From the NCBI GenBank assembly GCA_033442325.1, contig JAWQFM010000014.1:835792-899791 (forward strand): a stretch of 64,000 nucleotides of DNA. The letters are read 5' to 3'. The notes under the pieces were generated by a model that saw only the letters and a list, made by a program, of their open reading frames with translations, was not told where the DNA came from and made no database searches. Below, piece after piece: positions 27,401 through 41,400 of this stretch (the stretch's first letter is position 1; every line of letters starts with the position of its first letter). This DNA is from Salpingoeca rosetta (taxonomy: Eukaryota; Protista; Choanoflagellata). Made by a program: the position numbers and the translations under genes.

Positions 27401-29409
27401 GTGTCGGCGTGTCTGCGTGCGATGGGTGTTGCTTGTGGTGTGCGCAAAACTTCAGCTGCACTCCACGCAGCAAACATTGCCAAAGGCAACTTACCCTCCA
27501 GCCAACCACACCCACAACCACACCCACAACCACACCCACATCAAAGCGTACCATGGAGCAGATATCGCGGAGGTTGTGCATTGACGTTGCGAGGGAATCC
27601 ACCTTCTGCAGCTCTTCCCACTGATCGGCACCAAGATCACGCATGTTGAATGTGAGTGGGTTGATGCCACAGCACAAGCAAGGCCAGCGAGCAGAGCAAA
27701 CATACAAACAATGCGCCCGGCTGCCCACAACAATACACACATACTCTGTGCTCATCTCATCTCCTCCACATTCTCCAAATCCTCCTCCAACATACACACG
27801 CAATCGCCCACTGACCTGCTGCGGCATGATCCACTCCACAGGTTTGGGCACGTCCTCGAGGGACACGCGAGGGCTGCGGCGAGTGGGCATACGGCCCTGG
27901 AGCTCCAGCGGCACAAACTCAAGCAGCAGCTCCGTAATGTGTGCCAGCTCTGCCTGACACGGCAAAAACACCGTCGAGGGACGGCGCTCGCGTCGCATGG
28001 GTCTGAACGACTCGCGACGGGAGTGGCGCCCGACGGAACGGTCACGGAGTGGCTCAAGCGTGTCTTGAAACGTCCCGCTTGCACGGCCCCTCTTGTCGGT
28101 CTCATCCACATCCTCTTCAGTAAACTCAATCGTGTGTTGCTGCTGCTGCTGTCGCTGCTGCTGCTGTGTGTCCTTGCGCTTTTCTTGCTGTTGTTGCTGG
28201 TGCTGGTAAAAGTCCTCCTCCATGTCAAAGTCCTGCTGATCAGTGAGCATGGGCACAACGAGGTGTACGTAGAAAAGCACATCAAACGCAGTGCAGTGCT
28301 CGTCCAACAGCGCGTCCCGGATGTGGCGAGCAGCAGCCAGTAGCGCAGCGGCAACAGGAAGCTCGCCCTCCTTTAGGTCCGAGACCATCTCTGCGATAGC
28401 GCTCTCTGGCCGTCGCGCAGATGTGGACGTGGACGCAGAGGAGGAAGACGTCTTTGCAGATGCAGTGGACGGGTTCTCGGGTATTCCCACTGCCGCTGCT
28501 GACGACGAGGATGGCCGTGCTGACGCTTGCTCCATGGCCTCCTCCAGACCCCGCATGAACAGCCGCACCACCATGCCGGCGGTGAAGCCGTAGTTTGGCG
28601 ACACGCGGTTCAACGCGAGAGCCAGCTGCACCAGGCGGCAGCAGTAGCTGCTGACGAGGTCGCACCTGTCCTTCGACTCCTCCAGCTCCTGCATCACTTC
28701 GTGCGTTTCGTTCAGCTGCCGGTCCATGTCCTGCTTCGCGTGCACGACCTCAGCAATACCGAGCGCGTCTGGCAGTCCGTTGGAGACGCGCAGGGCGTCC
28801 ACCACCTTCTGCCGCGCCACAACAATGCCTTCCTCGAGGCGGCTGGCTTGACGGATGAGCTCGTTGAACTGCGTGTTGTTCTCCGGCCAGTACAGCTGGT
28901 ACAGCATGGTGCCCACAAACTGCTGCATGGAGCCCAGGCTGATGTCTGCGTACGACACAAGCGACAGGTACGTCTGGCCGTGCCCCAGCCACGAGTCAAG
29001 GTTCAGCTGTGGCCCACAGATGTACACACGCGTGGGCAGCATATCGGGGACAACGTGGCCCGTCACGTCGTAGCGCAGCGTCATGCCGTGCGAGCTCGTC
29101 TCAGTCACACTCGAGGTGGACATGCCAGACTGCAGGTCGTTGAAGACAGAGTGCCGACCCGCGGTAGGACGGCCCTGTTCATCATCTCCTGTCGCTGCTG
29201 CACCCGCGTCCTGCTGTTGCCCGCCTTCCTGCTGTTGCTGTTGCGGTGGCAAGCCGTCTGCTTGTGCTACTGCTGTGGATCTGTCCTCAGCGCCAGACAC
29301 GAGGCTGGCAGCAGACGCACTGTCGCCGGCTGTTGCTTGCTGGCCAGTGTTGTCACCCTCCTGCTCGCTGGTTTCGTTTCCATCAGCGCCACCGTCCTGG
29401 TCACCATCA

Positions 29410-29451
<42 letters not shown>

Positions 29452-32400
29452 GTCGTTGTTGCGGACGCTGCCTGCTGCTGAGGCTGGGGCTGCTCGGGCG
29501 TATGTGCTGACGGCGCTTGCGATGTCATGCGCTGCCAGATGGACAGCAGGTAGTGGTGCAGGTTGTCATCCAGGTAAGCGGGCGCGTTCAACAACAGCAC
29601 CGGCAGCTGCGACGCGAATGCGTCCTCAAGCTCCATCTGCAGCTTCATCCAGTCCACCGTACCAAACTTCATGTCCACAATCGCCAGCTCGTCCTGGCTC
29701 GGCACGTGGTGGTGGTCCGCCATACTGGTCATGGAGGGGCGCGCGGTGCCCACACGGGACAGCCCCGCTGGTGACGGCGAGCCCCGTCCGGCAAACGAGT
29801 CTGTCGACAGCCGGTGCATGCCGGCGAAGAGCGATGCCGTGCTCTGCTGCTTGCTGCGGCGCTGCAACCGCGGTGACCCCTGGCTGCCCACGTCATCTTG
29901 CTGCTGCTGCACTTCGTGCGGGTTCGCGGTCGTGGATGCGTGGCTCTCTGGCGGGCCTGATCGGCATGACGCAATCTGGCCCGTCTCAATGCGAACAATG
30001 TGCTCAACACCAAACCCGTGGGGGTCAAGCACGAGGTTCCATGACTTGGGCCATGCGAGCACAGAGCGGTTGATGAAGAAGAACTCGTCGTCGCCGTGCT
30101 GCGCCCCTTGGATCACGGCCGGTTTGCCACACAGCTGCGGCAGAATCGTGTCCAGGTCAAGAATCTGCGTTTCGTCTTCCGCCTCCGGCACGGAGCGAGC
30201 CGATGCTGCCCGCAGAAGGGACTGTTCAAACCCTTGCGTGGACACGCGTCGCATCACGCTCGCGCGGCCGTGCACCTTCACCTCCGAGGCAATGCGCAGG
30301 CCCTTGTCCAGCATGCTCTCCACCCACAGCGAGATGATCTGCACGCGGCTGTCATGTGAGAGCGCAGGCAGGTATGTGCGGATGGCTGCGCTCATCAGCG
30401 CGTTTGCCTCAACATACAGCGCTTCCTCCTGCAACTCGGACAGGCTCTCGTGCCACGACGCCTGCTCATCACGTAGCGTCTCCAGGAACGCCTGGGCCTG
30501 CTGCAGCTCCTCGGCAATGTCGGCCAGCGCCTTGCGGTGGTCGTTCTTCACGCGCGTCGACGTGTCAAACGATTTCTGCAGCGCTGCCACGCGGTTTGCA
30601 ATGGCAGAGCAAGAGCGCTGCATGTCTTCAAGCCCGGCCTGCCGCCTGTCAATCTCCGCCACAAAGCCGTTGTACTCGTGCTCGAGTGGGCGCGCCACCT
30701 CGTTCAGGTGGTCGTGCAGCGACACGGCGTCCGCCAGCCATTGCAGCAGAATCTTGTACGCCTCCGGCTCCTCTTCCTCGTCCTGCTCACGGAACATGCT
30801 CATGCGCCGTGCAAGCGGTGACATGCTGCTGCGGCGGCGCAGACGACGCGCGTGTGCTGCATCCACATCGCTCGGGGACAGGTGCTGTGGTGATGATGAG
30901 CGGGGAGCAGGGGACGTGCTGCGCCCGCTGCGTTCATCATCCTCGCCACCGTCGTTGTCGTCAGCACCGATGCTGTCAGTGTCGCCAGCCTCGGTGTCGC
31001 CTTTGCTGTTCTTCTTCCCCTGTGTTTGACGTCTGGCTTTGCTCTTGCGCTTGCTGGTCTTGCTGCTGGCTTCGCTGGTCGTCTCCTCTTCGTCTGACGC
31101 GGCGTCGTCATCCCCTTTGTCATCTTTCGTTGCTGCGTCCTCATCACCATCATCTCCGCCATCATTGCCGTCGTCGGCACCGTCCGCGTTGGCACCGTCA
31201 CCACCATCCCCCTCCTCGCCCTTGGCACCGCCATCACCATCGCCATCGTCTTCATCGCCATCGTCATCGTCGTCGTCATCCCCCGCCGCAGCAAACGGCG
31301 TTGCAACAGGGAGGTCGATGTCCGACGACTCAAACAGCACCTTGATTTCAGACAGGGCTTGCGGTGAGATCTCGGCGCTGTGTGCGTCCTGCAGGCTCTG
31401 GCGCAGGCGGTTCACGTCACTGCACAGGCGGCGACCAGCCATGCGCCAGCTCAGGTCAAGCTCAGCCACGTCCTCGGGGCTGTAGTTGTTGAGGAGAATG
31501 AGGATGCACGCAAACACGAGCTCAATGTTGTCCGAGACCCGGGCCATCATCTGCAGCACGCGGATGTTGCTGTCGTTCAGCTTGCCCACGTGCCGGCGAA
31601 GCAGCTTCAACTGCGTGTGGAGAACAAGTGGTGGTCGTGCATGGATGGGGTGGAGATGGGGGAGTGACGATGGGATGAGACTCAGAGGAAAGGGACATCA
31701 GATTGGAAAACCTATCTCCGAATTGAGGAGGTGGGTCGCTTAGCGTCACCAGCAGGGATCACCCAACCAAGCAAGCAATTCAGCAAGCTGCTTCGTGTGC
31801 ATGCGAGTAACAGAGAGAGTGTGTGTGTGTTTGTGTTTGTGTTTGTGTGTGTGTGTGTGTTTGTGTGTGTTTGTGTTGTGTGTTTGTGTGTGTGTGTGTG
31901 TGTATTTGCTGTCTCGTGGATCACTGACCTTTTTGGTGGTGATGCTCATGGCGGCATCATACTTCTCCTTGAACGTGGGCAGTTGCTGCTTGAGTTCGTT
32001 GAGATCGTGCTCTTGCGTCGCTTGCTTCGCCTGCGAGCGCTTGAGCGCAGCCAGGTCCCGCCCAATCTGCGTCAGCAGCCTGGTTCGTATGCATCAACGC
32101 ACAGCAATGAGTGGTAATTGCAAGGAACAACCCATTGGAGGGCTTCAAAGGCTGCGTGCTTGAACAGTTGTTTGCATGTTTGCTCGAATGCACGTGCTTG
32201 CATGTGTGTTTCGTTTGCGTGATGTGAGTGGGTGTCGTGTGCTGTCTGTGTGCTTTGCTTGCGATGAGAGCGGCAATTTGGAACCGACCTTGTGGTGATA
32301 GCGTCCTTCTCGTTCCACACGCTCAGCAAATCGTCGTGCTGTCAACGTGAAAGAGAGAGCAACATCATGACGCGTAAGGACGTGAAGGAGCAAGGCATGG

Positions 32401-35400
32401 ACCTGCAGTAATCATGCATGTGCAAGCGCAGGTGACCAAGGCATTTGGCCGTGCACACAAACACAAACACAAACACACACTCTCAATCACAGAGACACAA
32501 ACACAAACACAAACACGCGCACTCAATCACACAGGCACAACACACACACTCAATCACAGAGACACAAACACACACACACTATCTCAATCACACAGACACA
32601 AACGATTTAACAAATACACACCTTCGATTTGAGCTCTTGCACATGTTCTTGAGCGTCGCGTGTGTGAGAAAGGCCTTGCTCACGGCTCACAGCTTCCTCG
32701 CTGCAGGAACGAAAGGCAGATGCAACCACAACGACAATGTAAGTAAAGGTGCCATTGCATCGTAGTGCAATATATCAGCAACAGTACACGTGTCCACATG
32801 CACACATCAAAACAGAGCACACGCGCACGCACAATAGCACACACAATAGAACCCACGCATGCACACAATAGCACACACATGCACCACGACGTGCGTTTGC
32901 GCACCTGATGTACTGCCATTGCAGTTTCAGCATGGCTGCTGCTTCGTTGACAAACGTGTCAAAGTGCGACGTTGTGACGTGCGCCAAGGCAAGCTGGTCG
33001 TTGAGGTGGGAGCATGTGTAGTCCGCGACAATCTTGTGCATGGTCATCATGAGCGGTGTCAGCCGCGTCACAACGGCCTCATCGTACAGCCCTTGCAGCT
33101 GACGTGAACATATGCGCGCATGGTGTAGGGAAGCACAGGATGTGAGATTGAGAGCGGCTGAGGGCGAGAGAGGGTGTGTAGGGGATAGCTGAAGACAATG
33201 ATGATGCGCACTCGCTTCGGCCGCAAGACACACAACTCATGTTCTACAACACACATGTATACGCACACGCACACGTGTATACACATGCACATTCATATGC
33301 AAACACGCACACGCACACATGAACACACGCATGCACATTCATATGCAAACGCGCGCGCGCACATCCACATACACACGCACACGCACACGCACACGCACCT
33401 ACACATACACATACACACACACCTTGTGGAAGGACGCCTGGAGAGACGACGCAGCCAGGTCGGAGAGGTCGTCTGGCACAGGCTGTGGTTGCGCAAACAC
33501 AAGCAAGTTGCTCACCAAACTGCGAGATTGAGCAAGCAAAGGGATACGCAATCAAAAAAGTGATTGGGATGAGAAACACACATCAAGGAATATGGCAAGC
33601 GGCAGAGAAAAGCGCCCTGACCCAACACTGGAAGGTGAGACAGAACGCACATGACGTGTACACACGTGCACACACACACACATACACACAAACACACACA
33701 CCACAATGGGCACACAAGAGCACGTGCTCACCTCGGGTTGAATGCAATCAGTCTGAGCTGGTGATAGACGGAAGAAGGCCCGCGCTCCGGCACATAGAAG
33801 ACCAGGCGAAGGTTTTGCCTGCAAGGGAGATTCAACACTCAGGAAACGTGAGGCCCGACACATGCTTGCGAGCGACAAGAACACAGGTGTCTCATGCTGC
33901 GTGTGTACACTGGTACACTGAGGGTTTTGGCACAACCTGACATCATGACCGCACCTACAAAACACACACAGTCACACACACACTCGCATTCACACACGCA
34001 GACAGACAGATACCCGCGCAAGTACACAGTCGTGGCATCACGTCTCCTTTCCTCTCTCTCTCCCTCTGCCAATGCACTTCATTGTAACAGCGAGCGACGC
34101 ACCTGATGGTGCGCTTGAAGAACGCCCACGAGTTCTTGAGCGATGGCTGCAAGCCGGCTTGGATCACCTTTGGTTGGCTCAGCGTGCTCACGGCGACGAG
34201 GTTGTCTGGCGAGAGCAGGTCACCAATCTCCCCGGATGTCACAAAGCTGGCAAGCATGGACAGCACGGGCGCGGGGCACTCTGCCAGGCTGACGGCAAAG
34301 ACAATCTTCTCATCGCGGGTGCCTGCACGCATGACAAGGTCCACAAACTGCGACCGCACACGCCTGTGCTCGGAGAGGTCCTGCGCAAACATGACCTCAA
34401 ACCCGGCCAGTGTGCCGCACAGCTGCACAATCTCCTTCACGCGAGGCATGCGCAGGAGAAAGTTGGTGCGATACTTTGCCTGTCGCATGTGCTCCACCAC
34501 CTCTGCAATGGTCACCACAAAGGTGCCGGGCAGCTTCATCTGCAGCGTCGACATGTGCCCTTCGCTGTCCATAAAGTAGCTGGACAGCGTGTTCTTGAGC
34601 GACTTGTACAGCGCACGCGCGCCAACGCTGGCTGGACGCACCTTGCCAACGCCGCCACCGCCGCCACCACCCGTACCACCCACGTAAGCATGCTGGTCGC
34701 CATCAAGCACCCTGGGTCCACTGCCACGGCCACTACCACTGCCAGCGCTGGTCGCGCTGCTGGCGCTGCCGCCTTTGCCCTTGTTGAGCACAGCATGCAC
34801 GAGCTCACGCGGGCACAGCATGACGCTCTCGTCGTGCTCGTGGTCAACGGGGATGTCGTGTGTGAGAAACGCGTCGTGCTTGCACAGCCACACGGGCAGG
34901 GCTGGCTCGCTCGGCAGCAAGTCGCGGAAGAAGCGCTTGCGCACAACATTCTGCAGTAGCGTGCGGAACCTGCAGAGGGAAGGGAGGGAGGGACAAGAAG
35001 AAAAGATGGGGGGATGGTGTGTGCGGCGAGAATATGAGTGTGAGCGTGAGTGAGTATGTGAGCGTGAGTGAGTATGTGTGCGGTGAGTGCGTGAGTGTGT
35101 GAGTGAGTGTGTGAGTGTGTGAGTGAGTGAGTGTGAGTGAGCTTGAGCGGGAATGTGTGAGTGTGAGTGTGTATGAGTTGGGGGGGGGGGGCAGAATGTG
35201 CACGGCAACAGCGGCGCATGACAACGAGCACCTAACACACAAGGGTGTGAATGCGCACCGTGTAATGTCGTTCTGGGACACCATGCGTCGGGAGTAGACG
35301 GTGGCCAGCACGGTGGACCAAACGAACACAACGAGCTCGAGAGACGCAAACGGCTCAAGGCGATTGGCAAACTCAACCAGCGAATGCTTCAAATCCCGCT

Positions 35401-38400
35401 CATCAAACCTGGTTGATGGCAACAAGCAGGGGGTGGGGGTGGTTGTTGTTGACGTGGGTGAGGACGTAGCATTGTTTGGACAACAAGCGCAGTCACACTA
35501 TCGGACGATCAGCAGTTTGCAATCACGCACACTTGTTACAAACCGTTCAACACCAAACGCACACACGCACGCACTCACAAACATCCACAAATACAGAAAC
35601 ACTCCAACACACGAGCACAGATACAAACCTGTAGAGGCAGCGTTCGCGGGTGCTGTTGTATTCGCTGCAGAGGAGGTCGTGCAGCTCCACAGCGGCGTGA
35701 ACAATGGGGCCAACCCATTCCGTGTAGTGGCGGGGATTGGCTGCAATTGGGTTGCGCTGCTGCTGCGGCGTCTGCTTGTGGTGGCGCGTCTCTTGCTGCT
35801 TCTTGGAAAAGAAGTGCGACGTGAGCAGCGTGTTGTACAGCGTGCCCCGTTCCTGCGCATCAGCCAGCGGCAGCACAAGCACCGTGCAGTTGCGGCTGAA
35901 CGACGGCGTCAGGAACGCGTTGTACACCTCCTCGTTCATGTCGAGCGTGGCAGACATGAGGCACGTCACCCCATTGACCTGCCGGCACCGCCCTTCCGCA
36001 TCAAACGTAAACCCGTGCACGCTCAGCTGCTCCATAAACTTGCCGGTCGACGAAACGCGCATCGCTCGCTTCTCCCGCAGCGGGTCGGCATCGGGCGCCA
36101 TGCCCTGCTCCCCGGCAAAGAACACATTCATGTCGTGCGGAGCGCTGCCGTCGCCGCTCCGACCAAGGCTCGCTTGTGTTGCAGCGGCACCACTGCCTCC
36201 GCCGCCGCTGCTGCTGTGCCGCCGCGTGTTCGCTGACGCGTCAACCGCGTGATCTCGGCCGTCACCAGCCGGCGGGCCACTCTGCAGCGCCTGTGTCGTG
36301 TCAATGTCATCAACGACACACACGAGCTGTCGCCGCGAACCCGCAGGCACATACGCCCGGCCAGAGGGGCTCTCAAGCTGCTTGTGCAGGCTGCGCCACA
36401 GCGCCGAGGGGGTCAGGCGCTCTGAACCTTGCAGCGACACAATGCCCGCATCGGAGCCGCCCGCGGTGTGCCGCGTCTGCGTCTCCACAATGTCCTGAAG
36501 CAGGGCAGACTTGCCTGCTGCCGGCTGGCCAAGCAGCAGCACGTTGCGGGATGCCTGCAAGGACAGCTGCGTCACGAACTTCGTCGCCTCCATGCGAACG
36601 GTCGGCACCATCGCTGTCTCAATCGGGTGCGAGTCAATGCCTCGAGCGGGCGGGAGCACAAACTCCGGCAGGTACTTGGACCAGTGGGTCATCCTGCCCG
36701 TCTCCTGGTCCACGCGGTACGACAACACGCTCTCCAGGGCCCCGAGCTTGTCCTCCTCTTCGTCCTCCTCTTCCCGCTCAGCGTTCAAGTCGGTGTCGTG
36801 CTGTGCCGCGTCATACCTTGCAGCGGCGTCTGCCCTCGTGTCTGGCCGCGTGGCTCCGCCGTCAGCGCGTCGCGGGCTCACGTCAGTGCCGCTGCCCTCG
36901 CCAGCGCTGTCAAAGTGCCTGTGTGGGGATGTGGACGCACCCCGGGTACGGTGGTGGTCGTGGTGTGCATCGTGGCCATCACCGGCCTCGCCACCGTGCT
37001 GCTGGTCATGGTGGTGATGGCGGTGGTGATGGTGGTGGTGATGATGGTGGCGGTGCGAGTGCTGTTTGGCGCGAGCAGCCTTAACCGCTGTGGGGCCGCG
37101 GTCTGCCTGCGCCATGCTCGCGTGCTTGTCGCTCGGAAACTCAACACCGGCAATCTGCGCGCTGCGAGTGCGCCACCAGTCACTTGCCTGCTGCTTGGCG
37201 TCGACCTGCTCGTCCAGCACCGTGACCAGCGGGCCGAGACACGCCCACATGAGGCAGAAGTTGAAGCAGGGCGCCAGGAAGCGCTCCGTCTGCGTTTTGC
37301 TGCCCTCCGGCACGCACGCGTCAATGCACGGTCCAAACAGCGCAGTGGCTGTTGAAATCACGCCCAACGCACAGTGCAGGCGGCGCTTGTGTGCAAGCTT
37401 GCCCATGAACTTTGCCCAAAACTCCTGAAACAGCTTCAGGTGCTGCTGAACTACTTTTGCCAGGTGCTCCGAGTACCGCTCCTCCACCGTCGTCACCCAG
37501 TGGCGCGCAACCTTGCACGCGTTTGCCAGGTCGTTGGCGTCGTCCAAGCGCAGCACGCCACAGTAGTCAGGCGTTGCCGTGTCAGTGCTGGAGTCAAACG
37601 CATCCGGCGTGGACAGCACAACCACGCGAATCTGCTCGTGCACGCGCAGGTAAGAGCCGTCTGGTAGGGGCAGGAGCCCTGTGTCCTCCAGCAGCACGAG
37701 GCGGGCGCGCACTTCGTCGGGGACAGGACCTTCAAGCACCAGCCACTTTGTACGCAGCACCTGCTGGTCCCGCGAGCGCACCGTGCCCTCGCTCGCTGCC
37801 TGCGCCTCCAGCGATTCGCGCAGCTGCTGCAGCAGCAAGGGGATGAGGGCGCCCTGCCCCTGACTGTGCATGGACTTGCTGGCTGGCCCCGTGCCCATGG
37901 CAGTGCCAATCAGCTCCTCCGAGGTGAGGTATCCGCAGGGGATGCTCGCTGTCTCCACGTCCAACCCTTGACGGCGCAGCGCTGCAGCCAAACCACGCAC
38001 GCACTCAGACTTGCCGCAGTTGGGCGAGCCAACCACATACACGACGCGGTGCGCGTGCAGCAGCGCGTTGAGCTTCTCCACGCTGGCGGGCAGGTGGCCC
38101 TGGAGGGACAGGCCCATCTCGTCCAGAACGGCGCTGATGTCTGGGCCGAGCGGGCGGTTGAAGCGGCGAAGCGTCGACGGCAGGTGCGTCACGTCCATGA
38201 TGAGCGTGGCGTCGTCCACGCGATGGGCGGCATCAAAGCACTGGCGCAGCGCCGCCAGGAACAGCTGGCGGTCTGTGGCGTTGTTCACGCGGCTGCCGAC
38301 AAGGGAGAGGATTGCCGAGGTGACCTCCTCCTCCTCGCTCAGACCAGACACAGCCGGCGGCTCTGGACGCGTGGCCATGACAAACGTGATGACCCGCTGG

Positions 38401-41400
38401 GTAAACGGCAAGCCCCACGTGCAGGAGAGCGGGTGGGGTAGCTGGTTTGGAAGCGGGCGCGGGGCGATGGACGCCATGATGGTGGCGAAGCGGTGCAGGC
38501 TGGTGGCAAGCTTGGATGCCTCGTGGAACCCGTGGGCCGAGAGCATGGCCTCCGCGACAAATGCGCTGTGTGGGAGGGACGCGGAGATGGTGCGGAACGT
38601 CTGGCGGACGCCGACCGGCAGGGGCTCGTGGTGCACGCTGGCGTGGCTAAGAACACACACGGGCTGTGTGGACACGCGCACGGGCGGGCCGCGGCCAATG
38701 CGCACGACATCGCTTGCCTCCGATCGCACGGCCTGCATGATGGACCGGACTGTGTCGGCCAGTGAGGCCAGCACGCTCTCCGGCAGGCACGACACGTTTT
38801 CCAGCACGAGCACGGAGTCCATCGTGGCCATGCCTTTGAGCGCCTGGGCCAGCAGCTGGAAGCTCGTGAGCTGCGTGCAGCACACGGTGTGCAGCGGGCG
38901 CCCAAGCAGGTACGCCAGCGAGCGCATGGTGTGTGCAGGGCTGCTGCGCGTCTCCGCCGTGACAATGGCGCCAAGCCCGAGGCTCGATGCGCGCATAACG
39001 CCAAACCAGTAGCGTTCCGACAGGTCTGTCAAGCACATGGCCTGGCTTGGCTCCACAACCTCGAAGCTGTATGGGGCGACGGTGGTGCCGAGCTGAACGA
39101 GGAGGTCGCCTTCCTCGTTGCAGTGGCAGCGCACGACGCTCGACGCCTCCCACGTCAGCGGCAGCGAGTCATCCACAGCGGTGCTCGGCGTGTTGGCCGA
39201 AAACTGAGGGGTGAGTGGTGCGGATGCAAGGCTGCTTGGGTTGTCGCTCAGGCGCGAGGCCACGTCGCGGAGGTAAATCAGAAAGGCAATGATGGTGGTC
39301 ATCTTCTGCCGGTCCGCGGTGCTGTGTGCACTTGCCAGTGTGCTCTGCATCTCGTTCACCTGCAGCACGCGCGCGTCGTGCAGCTCCTTGAGCAGACGAG
39401 GCACCTGCGCGGCCTCCTTCGTGTTCGCCTTGGCAACGAGCGCGTCAATCTCCTGCGTGTTCTTCACGAGCAGCGCCATCGCCACGCACTGTGCCAGGCG
39501 GTCCATCGTCCAGTTCATCGAGTATGCAGAGGCGGCGCGCTTGCGGGGGAGGTGTGCACCGATGCTGCCGTGGCTGCCGCGGCCGACGTGTGGCGGTGAC
39601 CGGCGCTCGCCGCTGGTTAAGTTGCGGGGCGAGGTTGCTCCACCACGGTCTCCTCTGCCCTCGTCGCCATCATCATCATCGTCGCCGACACCACCTTCCT
39701 TGTCGTCACCATCATTGCCCCTCTCCTCGTCATCAGCATCAGCATGGGCCCCTTCCAGCTGTTGCTGGATCAGGTTCACCGGCTCGCCAGGGATGGTAAA
39801 GGGCGACAGAATGCCTGCAAGCAACGAAAGCCGATGAAAGGAGAAGGGGGAGTGTTAGATCTCACCCAAACTCACACACACACACACGCACACGCACACA
39901 TGCACACACACACTCACACATACACACCTTCCATTTGGTCGTCACGCAAGAGAGTCATGATTTGGTTGCGCACAAACTCCTTGATCTTGCTTGTAAGCGT
40001 GTCCAGGAACACCACGGCTGGGCCCTTGAAGATGAACGACACATCAAACTCGACCTTCTCGCCCGTCGCAGCAGTCACGCCAGTCACAATGTTCCTGTCA
40101 TGTGTGTGGGTGTGTGTGAGAAGCGTGTATGTGGTGTGTGTGTATGGTGTGTGTGTGTATGGTGTGTGTGTGTATGGTGTGTGTGTATGGTGTGTGTGTG
40201 TGTGTGTGAAAGAGACGGATTGGCACGACGTGAGTTAAGGTTAACTGCACGATGACTCGAAACAATTGCGGAGGTAGCAACCAACACTGCCAGCGAAAGC
40301 ACCATCGAAAGCACCACCACTACGCCCTGACTGCTCAGACTCACGTTTGGTTCCGGTCCTCAATCTCAATGGCAGAGATGCCGGGGAAGACGAGATTGAG
40401 GGCGCGGGAAATAAGGCCTGGGTGGCCGCAGTACGTCTGCACAGCAAGCACGTCTGGCGGCGACAGAAAGTAGAGGCGTGGCAGCATGTCGCAGTGGTTG
40501 TAGAAGAACCGTTGCAGCGCCCCTTTGATGTGCGAAAAGTTCTGCGTGTGTGCGTGTGCGTGTATGCGTGTGTGTTTGTGAAATGTGTTGAGTGTGTGTG
40601 TGTGTGTGAAATGTGTGTAAGTGTGAGCGTGAGTGTGTGTGTGTGTGTGTGAAATGTGTGTAAGTGTGAGCGTGTGTGTGTAAACACTGCTGTGTGAATA
40701 TGCGGCTGAATGTGCGGTTGAATGTGTGATTGCGCCGAAAACGCATGCATGCACGTTCAGAGATATCCTCATCCCATGCACACCTCGCAAACGTCTGCCT
40801 GTCACCTGTTGGATGTTGTTGAGGAGATTGAGGACACCTGGGCGGAGACACAGACCGACCACTGCTGGGTCGCGCTGGATGGACGCCAGCAGCGAGCGAA
40901 ACTCGTTGTCTGTCGATTGGAACATCTGCAGCAGCAAAAACCGAGACACAACGAAGGAAGAGAAATGAAGATGCGATGGTCAATGAGAGGAGTGAGTGAT
41001 AAGGGTGTGTGCGATGTCCATAACGAAGAAAGAACAGTGGCAACAGCAGGCTGAGGTGAGCCGCGGTGGTTCACCACGATAGGCAATGTGTGCAGGTGGG
41101 ATCATACCTGGATTTCACGCTGCAGCTCGCGATCAAACGCCGTCTTCTTCTCGTTTGGATGAAGGCCATGGCGAAGGCTGCCCAGGCTGGCTTGCGTCAT
41201 GCGCATGGAATGCTTCATACCGGACAGGCGGCCCTCTGCTTGCTGCTGGTCGTGCATGAAGGTGACAAATGCCTCGGATGTTGTGATCCACAGCTCTTGC
41301 ACGCGGCGCAGCGTCGTGAGCACCTCGTCGATGGTCTTCAGGCGCGCCTGCGCACACCACAAAACCAAAAGGGTAAAAGGCAGAGGAACAATGAATGGGG

